A stretch of DNA of 64,000 nucleotides from Macrostomum hystrix (Eukaryota; Animalia; Platyhelminthes), in contig CATNEN010000003.1 of assembly GCA_950097015.1 (NCBI GenBank), forward strand, positions 7,564,001 to 7,628,000. Direction: 5' to 3'. The notes beneath the pieces were generated by a model that worked only from the letters and a program-made list of their open reading frames with translations, did not search any database and was not told the origin of the DNA. Made by a program: the position numbers and the translations under genes. The first letter of the stretch is position 1; each line of letters opens with the position of its first letter. Below, piece after piece: positions 24,285-38,100 of the stretch.

Positions 24285-25200
24285 CCGCCAGCCACGCAGA
24301 GGTCTGAATTCACTGAAAGGGAAGGAGAAGTTCGAGGGCACCGTGAAGACGACCGACTTCGATGCGTTCAGCAGGAGGCCGACTGACGATGCTGCCGCCG
24401 TCGAGCCTCGATGACAGCAGCGCGCAGCGTAGCCGAGTAGTCTTAGCAGACTCGTGCGTCTTCTCAGCAGGAAGCCGTCGTCCGGGGTTGGGCATGCCGG
24501 TCCCCAGCACCCAGTCCAGTGCCAGCACAACCAGGAAAGGCGCCAGAGTCACCCTGCAGCACGCCTGGCGACGTGCTGAATCGGTCTGACAAGTCCATCT
24601 TGCGTGATCATTGAAGCGGTCCAGGTACAGCGCCACGATGGCGAAAATCAGTTGCTCCGGTACATTGTACCCACGAAGCACGAGAGGCAGCGCGCCGCGA
24701 GGCAACAAGTCGAAAGCCTTTAGGAAGTCTATGAAAACACCTCGAGACTTAACTGATGGGTGCACGCTTCCTCGATGATGCGGCGCACTGTACCGCGATG
24801 TGGGGTGGAACCCGTTGTGCTCAGGTCGCAACAACTGGTCCAACACCGGCTGTAACCGAGCTAGCAGCTGGCGGTTAAACAACTTCGCGGCGAGAGAATT
24901 CAATGATGAACAATGAATTCCTTGTGATGAACTAGTAGTACCTCTTCGCGGATGGTTTCGACACGGACGAAGCATGTCTGTAGGCCATGGTACCAGGGCG
25001 ACGAAAGTAGGTAGAATAATGCGTGCGACCTTCCAAATGTGAAAAAGGCATATCGCCGGACAATTTCAGCGCCGTTTTCTTACGGCCAGTCAAGCTTTAA
25101 TTGTGGGCCTTGCTAATCCAGGCAGTAACGGCGTGAGGGTCGCTTGGACGCCCCATAGAGCGGGTCCCGGATGCGAAGACTGCAGAAAAGCGGGCTATGG
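24285..25200 (-). mobile_element. Degenerate non-LTR retrotransposon reverse-transcriptase fragment (RTE-like)
   Basis: SLAAKLFNRQLLARLQPVLDQLLRPEHNGF, VFIDFLKAFD, and frameshifted GVLQGD / LAPFL..LALDWVL motifs. The block is GC-rich. Confidence 0.8.
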
Positions 25201-25209
25201 TCGGTCGGC

Positions 25210-27515
25210 TTCAATGCTATGTCACATCAGTTGCTTAAATGCTGCTTCAATGCTCATGTCACGTCAGTAGATTCAATGCTCATGTCACGTCAGTTGCTTC
25301 AATGCTCATGTCACGTCAGTAGATTCAATGCTCATGTCACGTCAGTAGATTCAATGCTCATGTCACGTCAGTAGATTCAATGCTCATGTCACGTCAGTAG
25401 ATTCAATGCTCATGTCACATCAGTATAGCTTCATTGCTCATGTCACATCAGTATAGCTTCAATGCTCATGTCACATCAGTATAGCTTCAATGCTCATGCC
25501 ACATCAGTATAACTTCAATTCTCATGCCACATCAGTATAACTTCAATTCTCATGTCACATCAGTATAACTTCAATTCTCATGCCACATCAGTATAACTTC
25601 AATTCTCATGCCACATCAGTATAACTTCAATGCTCATGTCACATCAGTATAACTTCGATTCTCATGCCACATCAGTATAACTTCAATTCTCATGTCACAT
25701 CAGTATAACTTCAATTCTCATGCCACATCAGTATAGCTTCAATTCTCATGTCACATCAGTATAACTTCAATTCTCATGCCACATCAGTATAACTTCAATT
25801 CTCATGTCACAACAGTATAGCTTCAATTCTCATGCCACATCAGTATAGCTTCAATTCTCATGTCACATCAGTATAACTTCAATTCTCATGCCACATCAGT
25901 ATAACTTCAATTCTCATGTCACATCAGTATAGCTTCAATTCTCATGCCACATCAGTATAACTTCAATTCTCATGCCACATCAGTATAACTTCAATTCTCA
26001 TGCCACATCAGTATAACTTCAATGCTCATGTCACATCAGTATAGCTTCAATTCTCATGTCACATCAGTATAGCTTCAATTCTCATGCCACATCAGTATAA
26101 CTTCAATTCTCATGCCACATCAGTATAACTTCAATTCTCATGTCACATCAGTATAACTTCAATTCTCATGTCACATCAGTATAGCTTCAATTCTCATGCC
26201 AAATCAGTATAACTTCAATTCTCATGTCACATCAGTATAACTTCAATTCTCATGTCACATCAGTATAGCTTCAATTCTCATGCCACATCAGTATAACTTC
26301 AATTCTCATGTCACATCAGTATAACTTCAATTCTCATGCCACATCAGTATAACTTCAATTCTCATGTCACATCAGTATAGCTTCAATTCTCATGCCACAT
26401 CAGTATAGCTTCAATTCTCATGTCACATCAGTATAACTTCAATTCTCATGCCACATCAGTATAACTTCAATTCTCATGTCACATCAGTATAGCTTCAATT
26501 CTCATGCCACATCAGTATAACTTCAATTCTCATGCCACATCAGTATAACTTCAATTCTCATGCCACATCAGTATAACTTCAATGCTCATGTCACATCAGT
26601 ATAACTTCAATTCTCATGTCACATCAGTATAGCTTCAATTCTCATGCCACATCAGTATAACTTCAATTCTCATGCCACATCAGTATAACTTCAATTCTCA
26701 TGTCACATCAGTATAACTTCAATTCTCATGTCACATCAGTATAGCTTCAATTCTCATGCCAAATCAGTATAACTTCAATTCTCATGTCACATCAGTATAA
26801 CTTCAATTCTCATGTCACATCAGTATAGCTTCAATTCTCATGCCACATCAGTATAACTTCAATTCTCATGCCACATCAGTATAACTTCAATTCTCATGCC
26901 ACATCAGTATAACTTCAATTCTCATGCCACATCAGTATAACTTCGATTCTCATGTCACATCAGTATAACTTCAATTCTCATGCCACATCAGTATAACTTC
27001 AATTCTCATGTCACATCAGTATAACTTCAATTCTCATGCCACATCAGTATAACTTCAATTCTCATGTCACATCAGTATAACTTCAATTCTCATGTCACAT
27101 CAGTATAGCTTCAATTCTCATGTCACATCAGTATAGCTTCAATTCTCATGTCACATCAGTATAACTTCAATTCTCATGTCACATCAGTATAACTTCGATT
27201 CTCATGCCACATCAGTATAACTTCAATTCTCATGTCACATCAGTATAACTTCAATTCTCATGTCACATCAGTATAACTTCAATTCTCATGCCACATCAGT
27301 ATAACTTCAATTCTCATGCCACATCAGTATAACTTCAATTCTCATGCCACATCAGTATAACTTCAATTCTCATGTCACATCAGTATAGCTTCAATTCTCA
27401 TGCCACATCAGTATAACTTCAATTCTCATGCCACATCAGTATAACTTCAATTCTCATGCCACATCAGTATAACTTCAATTCTCATGTCACATCAGTATAA
27501 CTTCAATTCTCCTGT
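25210..27515. repeat. 28-bp minisatellite (CTTCAATTCTCATG[C/T]CACATCAGTATAA), about 80 units; 26-bp variants at the left end
   Basis: Directly visible tandem units. Confidence 0.97.
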
Positions 27516-27956
27516 CACAGTAGCTTCCAAGCTCTTTTTTCATTTTTTCAATGATACTTTTTCAAAGAACAAAAAACGATTGAACGCCATTGTTGCTGAT
27601 AATTTGATTACTAAATAGACCCAGTAGAAAAAAATGTGACACATTAGCTGAAGGAGTCATATCTAGGTTGCATAAAGTTAAGATTAGTTTAACATTCAGA
27701 AAAAAATCAAAAATTGAAACAAAGTAACTAGCCAATGAAAGGAATTAAGTCCTCATAACTTAATCAAATTAGATCAGACAGAGTAAGACTGACTCAACCA
27801 CATTTTAGTTGGATATGACTTAACTACTCTTAATGCTTGTACAGAGCATATGTAGAAATTCCGTATAATATTTTCAGTATTATTTAAGCGCGCACGCCAT
27901 ATATGGGTGCTGATTTCTATTTTTCCCCTACTTTTTAGAGTCTAAATAGAGACTTG

Positions 27957-29881
27957 TTAAAACTCTGCCATGCTCAGAAATGTCGCGTCGCCATTGTTGA
28001 GCTCTACGGAGTAAGCGCTCATAATGTTGGCCGATTGGAACAGCCAACAGGTTTGGTTAGCCGCCCGGAACATGACACAGAGACATTGCGGGTTTGTGAA
28101 GCAGTGAATTGTGCAGTGGACCATGGAGCTGGCAGTGGTAGTTGTAAGCGGCCCAGCTGATGCAGCTGAGAAACTGGGCAGACTCACCCGGTAGACTAGA
28201 GCTGTTGGTTTGGTGTCTAAAGCAGTTTACCGCAAGTGTGTCAGTACCTAATTCGTTTTCCTCCATTTTTAAACATGAAAATGATTAAGCTATGGACTGT
28301 TAAGCTACTCACAGAAAATGTCCACCTCACACATAGTTAACAAAACTGCGTCCCCTGTCTGTCCTGTGGTGTTTTTAAACACGGCCAAGTATCTACCGTC
28401 GACTGGTTGGGCGCAGTCGAAGCTCAAAGGATTGCTAGTCGACGTCGCTATGCCCGACCAGCTGATGCACCGGGTGAACAGGCTAGGGTTCATGATGCTC
28501 CACACTGTCGGATCCTTTGCGATTCCTATGAATGAAAAGCAGCTCAAACGTGTTTTTGTTCAATAAAGACTGGAAGTTGAAATTTGCCTTTTTATATACT
28601 AGGGTAATCAAGGTGCTCACCTATGCTGATCAGTCTGAGTCTGTCTGGGCAGCAGTCAATTCTGTTCCAAATTCGCACACCGGTCACAATGTACTGCCTA
28701 GTAAGATCCACCATCCACCAAGGGCTTAGATCCAAGTTGCTAGTAGCGAAACACTGCCTGGCGCCCGAATACACCCCGCTTGTGTCACCATTGTAGCTGA
28801 ACGCGCTATTAGATGCGGTTTCGTATTTCGATGAAATTTTAGTCGGCAAATTCTTGGGCACTGTCAGCGCTGAAATCGATTGAAGCCGTTTGTTGATTAT
28901 CAGTTCAGAATTAGGAATTAGCGGCCTCTGAGGGCTGTACAGCCCTCCAGTCCATGGACTGGGGCGTGGCACTATCTACGAGCTATTTATTTGCAGGGGA
29001 CCCGGGGCACTTGTCGCACAAGCGACGGAGTGGCACGCCCCCAGACCGGCGAACTAGGCGCTTAGCCCATCGCGCCGCCTCACCTGAGCGCCGGCGCCGC
29101 ACCACACACAGCAGCACAGACCAGCCGGGAGGCAGGAGGCACCCAGAATAGGCAGCAGTGCGGCCCCCACCCCAGCCCCACACGCACAGAGCAGACCAAG
29201 CCGGGGCGGAAGGCTGATAAGAAATCAGTCCTCAGAGGGGGCGGGTGATGCGTGTATACTTATCCAATCGCGCTGACGGAAATCCATGAAAGCGCGCGGC
29301 GGTGTACACCCGCCCCCAGCCACCCCCCGCAAGGCCTCACGCCCCAGCGCCAACGCACACAACTCACACAACGCAGAACAGGCACACAGAAAGGTAGGAG
29401 CGAAGCTATTATTTCAAGCTATTATTGCACGAAATATGGTGCACCTCCGCCGGTCGCTACTGTCCAAACCCTCCAACAGGTCCCGAAATTAATCGTGACT
29501 TGAAGGGAGAATCGAACTAGCGTCCATTGGAGTGCGAGGCAGCGACGCTAGCCGCTGACCCACTCGCCCTCGGGGCGTGGCACTAACAATTAGCCCATCT
29601 AATGCTGGAACCGAAAGGTGTCTTGCTAAATGACAAAATTTTTCCAATGTAGTCAGGAATCGAACCCTCGACCTTGTGGCCCTTGACTTACTTGACTTAT
29701 CTGCAGGGCGGTCCGATGGACACAGCGGGGAGGCGGGGGGACACATCAGGGATTAGCGGAATGGGCGACCTTGTGGCCCATGAATCACAGCTAGATTATG
29801 CTTACCACTTGTTAACTTCAGTTGCGAACAACAGACGAGAAGTACAGTGTTAAAAATGAAGGCTAAAGTAGTTTTTGCCAT
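27957..29881 (-). CDS. Secreted F-type lectin + PAN/apple protein, copy A; exons 29881-29806, 28869-28621, 28525-28313, 28216-27957 (265 aa)
   Basis: Signal-like MAKTTLAFIFNTVLLVCCSQLKLTS. F-type lectin domain (FTLD) motifs PWWMVDL, NRIDCCPDRL, GRYLAVF, LTMCEVDIF. PAN-like cysteine pattern HCTIHCFTNPQCLCVMF...CWLF. All introns are phase-1 GT-AG. Confidence 0.85.
28975..29571 (-). mobile_element. SINE family B (tRNA-derived, about 590 bp, GC-rich), copy 1
   Basis: A-box TGGGTCAGCGG and B-box-like AGTTCGATTC. 14-bp TSD GGGGCGTGGCACTA at 28961-28974 and 29572-29585. Confidence 0.88.
29683..29765 (-). mobile_element. About 83-bp 5'-truncated retroposon 3' end
   Basis: Flanked by 14-bp TSD CGACCTTGTGGCCC (29669-29682 and 29766-29779). 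Ends in CCCTGCAGATAAGTCAAGTAAGTCAA on the minus strand. Confidence 0.7.
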
Positions 29882-30373
29882 TAATTTTTTGTGAAATTGA
29901 ATTCAAACAAAAACATGAGTTTTTAGCTGCTTCCGATGTGGCAGAAGGCTGCTAAAGCTTGTTGCTAAGAAAACTTTTTAATTTATCCTTGGTCGCAGAA
30001 CCCAGAACACCTTCCTTCTAGCTCACCCACCCGTGACTTTAACACTTGCAGGGACAAGCCTTCCTGACAAATTTCCTCCCCAGAAAAGCGACTTTCTACT
30101 CACTGATCTGGGACTTCGGGAAGAGTAAGACTAGAAGCCTCACCAGCGCGGATGAGTTGTAAAAGTTCCTCCAAACACTCTTGCGACCCCCTTGATTGTA
30201 GCGTCGACCGTGTTGACTCCACTCCTGTCACGCATATTGTTTAAAAAAGTTTTTTACGGGACAATTTAAGACTTTTTAGGAAAAAGTGTGGGTTTTAAAA
30301 AACCTTAGCTTTCGTGCAGTGAATTCCTCTTCTGTGTGTCGCGGAAATTTTGTTAACATTTGTTCTGTAAATT

Positions 30374-32376
30374 ACTTCCATGCATATTCGACTCAATACT
30401 TTGACGCTACTTCCATGCATCTTCGACTCAATACTTTGACGCAACTTCCATGCATCTTCGACTCAATACTTTGACGCTAAGTACTTCCATGCATATTCGA
30501 CTCAATACTTTGACGCTACTTCCATGCATATTCGACTCAATACTTTGACGCAACTTCCATGCATCTTCGACTCAATACTTTGACGCTAAGTACTTCCATG
30601 CATCTTCGACTCAATACTTTGACGCTAAGTACTTCCATGCATATTCGACTCAATACTTTGACGCTAAGTACTTCCATGCATATTCGACTCAATACTTTGA
30701 CGCTACTTCCATGCATCTTCGACTCAATACTTTGACGCTAAGTACTTCCATGCATCTTCGACTCAATACTTTGACGCTACTTCCATGCATCTTCGACTCA
30801 ATACTTTGACGCTACTTCCATGCATCTTCGACTCAATACTTTGACGCTACTTCCATGCATCTTCGACTCAATACTTTGACGCTACTTCCATGCATATTCG
30901 ATTCAATACTTTGACGCTAAGTACTTCCATGCATCTTCGACTCAATACTTTGACGCTAAGTACTTCCATGCATCTTTGACTCAATACTTTGACGCTAAGT
31001 ACTTCCATGCATCTTCGATTCAATACTTTGACGCTAGTTCCATGCATCTTCGATTCAATACTTTGACGCTAGTTCCATGCATCTTCGACTCAATACTTTG
31101 ACGCAACTTCCATGCATCTTCGATTCAATACTTTGACGCTGCTTCCATGCATCTTCGATTCAATACTTTGACGCTAGTTCCATGCATCTTTGACTCAATA
31201 CTTTGACGCTAGTTCCATGCATCTTCGATTCAATACTTTGACGCTAGTTCCATGCACTATCGATTCAATACTTTGACGCTAGTTCCATGCATCTTCGACT
31301 CAATACTTTGACGCAACTTCCATGCATCTTCGACTCAATACTTTGACGCTGCTTCCATGCACTATCGATTAAATACTTTGACGCTAGTTCCATGCATCTT
31401 CGATTCAATACTTTGACGCTGCTTCCATGCATCTTCGATTCAATACTTTGACGCTACTTCCATGCATCTTCGATTCAATACTTTGACGCTGCTTCCATGC
31501 ATCTTCGATTCAATACTTTGACGCTAGTTCCATGCACTATCGATTCAATACTTTGACGCTAGTTCCATGCATCTTCGATTCAATACTTTGACGCTAGTTC
31601 CATGCATCTTCGATTCAATACTTTGACGCTGCTTCCATGCACTATCGATTCAATACTTTGACGCTAGTTCCATGCATCTTCGATTCAATACTTTGACGCT
31701 GCTTCCATGCATCTTCGACTCAATACTTTGACGCAACTTCCATGCATCTTCGACTCAATACTTTGACGCTGCTTCCATGCACTATCGATTAAATACTTTG
31801 ACGCTAGTTCCATGCATCTTCGACTCAATACTTTGACGCTGCTTCCATGCACTATCGATTAAATACTTTGACGCTAGTTCCATGCATCTTCGATTCAATA
31901 CTTTGACGCTGCTTCCATGCATCTTCGATTCAATACTTTGACGCTGCTTCCATGCATCTTCGATTCAATACTTTGACGCTAAGTACTTCCATGCATCTTC
32001 GATTCAATACTTTGACGCTACTTCCATGCATATTCGACTCAATACTTTGACGCTACTTCCATGCATCTTCGATTCAATACTTTGACGCTAGTTCCATGCA
32101 TCTTCGACTCAATACTTTGACGCTAGTTCCATGCATCTTTGACTCAATACTTTGACGCTAGTTCCATGCATCTTCGACTCAATACTTTGACGCTAAGTAC
32201 TTCCATGCATCTTCGATTCAATACTTTGACGCTAAGTACTTCCATGCATCTTCGACTCAATACTTTGACGCTAAGTACTTCCATGCATCTTCGACTCAAT
32301 ACTTTGACGCTACTTCCATGCATCTTCGATTCAATACTTTGATGCTGCTTCCATGCATCTTTGACTCAATACTTTG
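30374..32376. repeat. 35/39-bp minisatellite (CTTCCATGCATCTTCGACTCAATACTTTGACGCTA, with or without AGTA)
   Basis: Directly visible tandem units. Confidence 0.97.
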
Positions 32377-32983
32377 TAAAAAGTAAGCTTGATTGACAAT
32401 TTTTGCTAAAATTCGTTAGATTGACTTTTATTATGCTTACCCGAGTAGATTCAGAAAAACCAGTTCGGGCAAGCTTTTGCACTCTCACTGAATTCTAATT
32501 TATAAGCATTAGCATCAAATCGCATTTTGTAAAATCATGCGGTCTTTGGGAAACAATGTGACAATTGACCGGTGTACTGCTTAAATAAGCTTTTTTAACG
32601 AGCTTAATATTTTAGTTTTGTCGCGCGATTTTGCTCGAGTTTAAAATTATTTCACAATTTCAATGCAACAACACTCGACAAAATTATTCATTTTCAGCCT
32701 TTTCGCGGGCGCAAATAATTGTCAATATTTCCACGTTGTTGCTAACTTTATCGACTAAATCCAATTAGTTGCTATACGACTAAACTACAGTTCTGTGGTT
32801 AGACCGTGGGACTTTGTTGTTTCAGTTTCTTTTAGCTCGTATTATGGCCGAAACGTTCTAGCAAATCTTGGTAATTTGACTGCCGTGCCTGATGTTATTT
32901 GAAATAAACAGAGAAGGGATGTACGTAACATTATATGTTTAATTCACGCCATTGCTGATTTACGAGCTATATAAAGATATTTT

Positions 32984-33221
32984 GCGCGGCGCATCTGAGG
33001 ACTGCGTACGGCTGTTCAGTCCATGGACTGGGGGGACGCCACACCCACCGTCAATCACCCTCAGCTAATGCTTGTACCCCATTTAACAGCTAAGGTGAAC
33101 TAAATCAATACATAAATAAATATATTGTTAAAGGACACAAATTGTTCCAATCGAGACGGGAATCGAACGCCCGACCTTCAAGTCATGAGTCCGACGCTTT
33201 TACTACTAGGCTAGAGCTCCC
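32984..33221 (-). mobile_element. SINE family C (CORE-type) copy
   Basis: Reverse complement matches 53935-54170. tRNA-like head gtcggactcatgacttgaaggtcgggcgttcgattccc. Confidence 0.8.
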
Positions 33222-33254
33222 TACGAACAATACAAATTTGAATCAACGACCACT

Positions 33255-33982
33255 ACACCTTTTCCCGTTCAATTTTAACAAATCTGCGCTGCAATTTAGA
33301 CAACTTGACATTCATTTTCGACACTCTATTTTTATACCTTCAGTTGGACGTTCAAATTACACAAAGCTGACTTCAATTTAAACAGCAGATATTCGATTTA
33401 GACAGTGGATATTCAATTTAAACACTTCCTCATTGAGAGCGATTTGTCTATGGTAAAATTCTAGTTCTGAGGCAAAGCACATATTCAATTTAGACACCCA
33501 TCATTCATTTTAGACACGCTCAGCTTCAGACCCTTGCTTTCCTGTCGCCTCTGCTTCTGACTTTCGGAGAGAGAATTGGAGGGACTAATGTACATTCTGT
33601 AAGATACATGTACTCAGTTTATTGTCTATGGTAAGATTGAAAACCGAGATTGAGACTGTAAAGGAAAATGATTTCTGGCCTTGTGGCATTGAATTTAGCA
33701 CATAAAACGGCGGTCGTTGAACAAGAGTGAAGGCTACTTCTGAGAATTGCTTCTTTCGTGAAGAATATCTGTCTACTAATCTAACGCACGAACATGGAGG
33801 AAGAGGTGAACGGACCGGAGTCAGAGTCGGAGTCTGAGTCAGAAGCGACTGGAAGCGACTTTGATGGCCGCGGCCCGTACGTGCGAATAACGAATCAGGA
33901 TCGAGCGCGCCTGCTGGATGCTCATAACAACGGCGAGGACTTCCTGCATTTGGCGGCACTGATGAACATCAAAGGGACTTAG
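33255..33982 (+). mobile_element. Truncated IS630-Tc1-mariner-like transposon: subterminal repeats plus start of a transposase-like ORF (33794-33982)
   Basis: YVRITNQDRARLLDAHNNGEDFLHLAALMNIK resembles the N-terminal HTH of Tc1-like transposases. Repeated ATTCAATTTA[G/A]ACA motifs lie upstream. Confidence 0.5.
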
Positions 33983-34049
33983 TTAGTTAGTTGATTTAAA
34001 TACATGAGACACTTTACCCGGATGGGCTATAATCGAGTGTACATACACA

Positions 34050-34256
34050 TGCACGCTCATGTGCCGTGACATTCTTATCATCAAGCAGTGTACACTCTAA
34101 CTGTGCCCTTCTGGTTGGCCCTCATTCGCACGACAAGCCACCAAGCCTTCTGTCTGCGCTGCGCCCTAAATGTCAAATGTGGCCTCGCCACGGAATCGAG
34201 CTCAGGGACCATTGTGCGCGAGTTAGTCGCGTTATTGCTCTCTGCTACTAACCCGC
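34050..34256 (-). mobile_element. SINE family A, degenerate partial copy
   Basis: Contains cagtgtacactc...cacgacaagcc...gtggcctcgccacggaatcgagctcagggacc. Confidence 0.75.
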
Positions 34257-34749
34257 CCTTGTACTAACAAACCCTATGTTTAACCAAATGCGCAGATAAA
34301 GATAACATTTACTATCACACGAACTGCAAGAATGTCCTAGGAATCCACAGTGTTTTATTTCAGTTTGAGAACATTTCGATTCACTTGAGATATTGGGAGA
34401 TAATTTTTTTTCTTTCAGGCTGTCCCTAACAATGACAAGCACATATCTATTCAAGCCTAGATTCAATTGCCATGACAAGTCATCTTCAGCATTGCCTTAC
34501 TATTGTGCTGGAAGGCTCTTAAAAAACCACGAAATTGAAAAGCTGAAAAAATTCAAAGGCAACACTAGAGTCGGAGTGTCACCGTGGCTTTTTCTGATAG
34601 AATGAGCGACTTTTTACCGACAGAAAGTCGTCCTTCTAGACGCAAGAATTGAATTTTATCCTTTGTTTACGAATCAACGATCAATAAATATTTTGTTTTA
34701 CTTTTTTACTCCACTTTTTTGTGACAGTAGACCCAAGTCAGGAGCAACG

Positions 34750-34986
34750 CAAGCACGCGAAACTCAAGAACACGGGCCAACTTTTTGTTGCGCATCTTCT
34801 GAAACGAGAATCAAATCGCCAGCTCTTCAGACCGTCGATATATTCAATGGTTCTGGTCGAAGGTCATGTTTTCCATAAGAGCTAGTGTATTTTACACCCA
34901 CAGACACGAATTTGAACTGCGCCTCAGTGCGGCCTTGCCAGGCCTTTCAACTTTATCAACACTTCACACCAATGTGCCTGCATCAT
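34750..34986 (+). repeat. About 240-bp dispersed repeat; second copy at 50547-50791
   Basis: caagcacgcgaaactcaagaacacgggccaactttttgttgcgcatcttctgaa...aatgtgcctgcatcat occurs in both places. Confidence 0.8.
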
Positions 34987-35110
34987 GGCCCGTGCTGTTA
35001 AGTTTCGTGTGCTTGCGTTGCTCTTTTCAGGTAATTACGAACAAAATTTAGTCTATAGGGCTCAGAAAAGCAGTGAATCAATAACCTCCATTCAACACAG
35101 CATCGTGTCT

Positions 35111-38100
35111 TCAACTGAGCTGCATAAATTTAGCGTCTTCTCTGCTCAGAACACTGGCCAGGCTGTCCGAGATGGTTCGGCTGGAAAACAGCCAGCAGTT
35201 CGACCGTCCTGACGTCAGGACGTACATGCACAGCGGCTCTGTGATGCACAAGTGAATGCATTCAATCCTGGATCGAACTGTCAGAGCTGATGGCGACAGC
35301 TGGTCAGTTGGTGGAGTGCTCAAAAGCTGCGGCTGAACAACTGTCGCAATTGCTGATTTCGATTGCTTCTGGACTGCAGGAAAAATAATTTTAAAGCTAT
35401 GGTGAAGTACTAGTCTGACATGTGAAATACTAGTCTGACATGTGAAATACTAGTCTGTCAGGTGAAATACTAGTCTGACAGGTGAAATACTAGTCTGACA
35501 GGGGAAATACTAGTCTGAAAGGTGAAATACTAGTCTGACAGGTGAAATACTAGTCTGACAGGTGAAATACTAGTCTGACAGGGGAAATACTAGTCTGACA
35601 TGTGAAATACTGGTCTGAAAGGTGAAATACTAGTCTGACAGGTAAAATACTAGTCTGACAGGTAAAATACTAGTCTGACAGGTGAAATACTGGTCTGAAA
35701 GGTGAAATACTAGTCTGACAGGTAAAATACTAGTCTGACAGGTGAAATACTAGTCTGACAGGGGAAATACTAGTCTGAAAGGTGAAATACTAGTCTGACA
35801 GGTGAAATACTGGTCTGAAAGGTGAAATACTAGTCTGACAGGTAAAATACTAGTCTGACAGGTGAAATACAAGTCTGACAGGTAAAATACTAGTCTGACA
35901 GGTAAAATACTAGTCTGAAAGGTGAAATACTAGTCTGAAATGTAAAATACTAGTCTGACAGGTGAAATACTGGTCTGAAAGGTGAAATACTAGTCTGACA
36001 GGTAAAATACTAGTCTGACAGGTGAAATACAAGTCTGACAGGTAAAATACTAGTCTGAAAGGTGAAATACTAGTCTGACAGGTGAAATACTAGTCTGACA
36101 GGTGAAATACTAGTCTGAAAGGTGAAATACTAGTTTGAAATGTGAAAAAAACTAGTCCGACAGGGGAAAAATATATTTTTAAACAGTTCTAAGAGTTAAA
36201 ATGCGAAAATCTCAATCAAGTAGTAAAACAAACTGTTTAATAGATATGCGTCTAGAAGGTAATTCGGTTAATAAAGAATGCCTAACAACGCTTTAGAAAA
36301 AGCTGCACAAAGGTATCTCGCCACATAATTTACCAGCAAAGACGTCGGCCTCACAAAAGTGCAGCCTAGCGCTGCCGTCAATCAGTCCAGTGGTGTTCTT
36401 GTAGACGGCCAAATACCTGCCACCAATGGGGCCAGGGCAGGTGTAAACAATGGGATTCTGGGCCACCGTAGCCACGCCGGGAAAATAGCCGCATTTGTCG
36501 AACAAGTCCTGGTTGAAATTGGTCCACACGATTGCTTTAGAAGCGATGCCTGAAATTTAAGCGACAATTTAATTCGAGTGTTTGCTAATAAATAGGATCT
36601 TCAACTACTTATTCTGGTTGCCCAGCGAGATGTTTTCGAGCCTGTTAGACAGAGTTCCACTGTAACTTTTTGTTTTAGATTGAGTGCTATATGCCTACCT
36701 TGTAATTGTGCTCATATTAATATTTATTATAATTTCAGGAGGGCTGCGGGCAATGGCACATTAATGGCACATGGTGACACTAGACCCGCAGCCAGCGAGA
36801 AGGCAATTCTGCCCATTCAACTGACTCCTGAGCACACACGCACACAACATACTGTACGCAAGCAATCGCTCACACTGGTGTGTACATCAGACCGGACTTT
36901 CTGCGGCAGTGCACACTCTCATTGCGCCCTGGTGGTCGGCCCTTAAGTACGTAAATTGCACGACAAGCCCCAAAGCCTTCTCTCCGCGGCTGCGCCCTAA
37001 ATGAATGTGGCCTCGCCGCGGAATCGAGCTCAGGGATGTCATTGCGAGAGGCAAACGCGTTAACCACTCTGCCACACCCCTTGTGCTCATAAAACTTAAA
37101 ATAAAAAAATACACACTTGAAAAAGCAACCACAAAATTTTTGGCTTTTGTAAGGTTTTCAAATTTATCAAAGCTAATACACCGGTAGCTTTTTAAATCTA
37201 AACTTAAAATCCTTTAAATCTTCGATCAATTACAAAACTTTTATATAAAAATAAAAAGCTAAAAATTTGCTGCCTACGCAAAAGCTTTTACGACTCGTAG
37301 AATAAGCTGTCAGTATTTCTGTCTGACAGCTAGTTGCTTATCTCTCTCTTAGTGGAATCAGAAAATAACACACGTTTTTTTCTTGGAAATCTTATCGTAG
37401 ACTTAGACAAAAGCGGAAAAGTAGTAACCTTTAGTTGCTTCCTAGAAACCCATTGATTTTTCTTAGAAAATCGTAATTTTTTCTTAGAAACGCTAATGGT
37501 AATATCTTATAGAAACAGAGGTTTTCTATCTAACGTCTGATCTCTGATGCAGAAATGTTGACTGCATGTACTTTAAACTTGTAAATCTGTTTTGCTATCG
37601 AGAAAATAATTATAATAATTGTATTTTTCGGGGAAAAAACTGACTTACCGACTGCCACCTGGCGATAACGATCCGTGCAGCAGTCGAGCCGATTCCAGAC
37701 TTGCACTTTGTAAACAAAATAAAACTGGCCCATGTCCAGCATCCACCAGGGTAGAGGGTCATTGTTGGCGCACTCAAAACAGTTGACAGTCCTGATTATT
37801 GAGCCGCCGGTGTTGCCATTGTTTCCCAAATTGGGATCGTCAGTTGAAACGTACTTCGAAGACATTTTCGCCTGAAGATGCTTCGGCACTGTGATCTCTG
37901 GAAATCCTGTTTTTAATAACAAAATCCTATAAAATTTTCACTTTTACACCACGCACAGGTGTGTACATCTGCCCAGACTTTCTCATCGTCAGGCAGTGTA
38001 CAATCTCACTGTGCCTCGGAGGTTGGCCCTCAAGGGCGTAAATTGTACGACAAGCCCCCAAGCCTTCTCTCTGCGGCTGCGCCCAAATAAATGTGGCCTC

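Larger units (their letters stand above)
28920..29790 (-). mobile_element. Degenerate SINE family C (CORE-type) copy, interrupted by two younger insertions
   Basis: Palindrome cagtccatggactg, plus gtgtcttgctaaatgacaaa and ggaatcgaaccctcgacctt, match SINE-C at 53935-54250. Confidence 0.65.
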
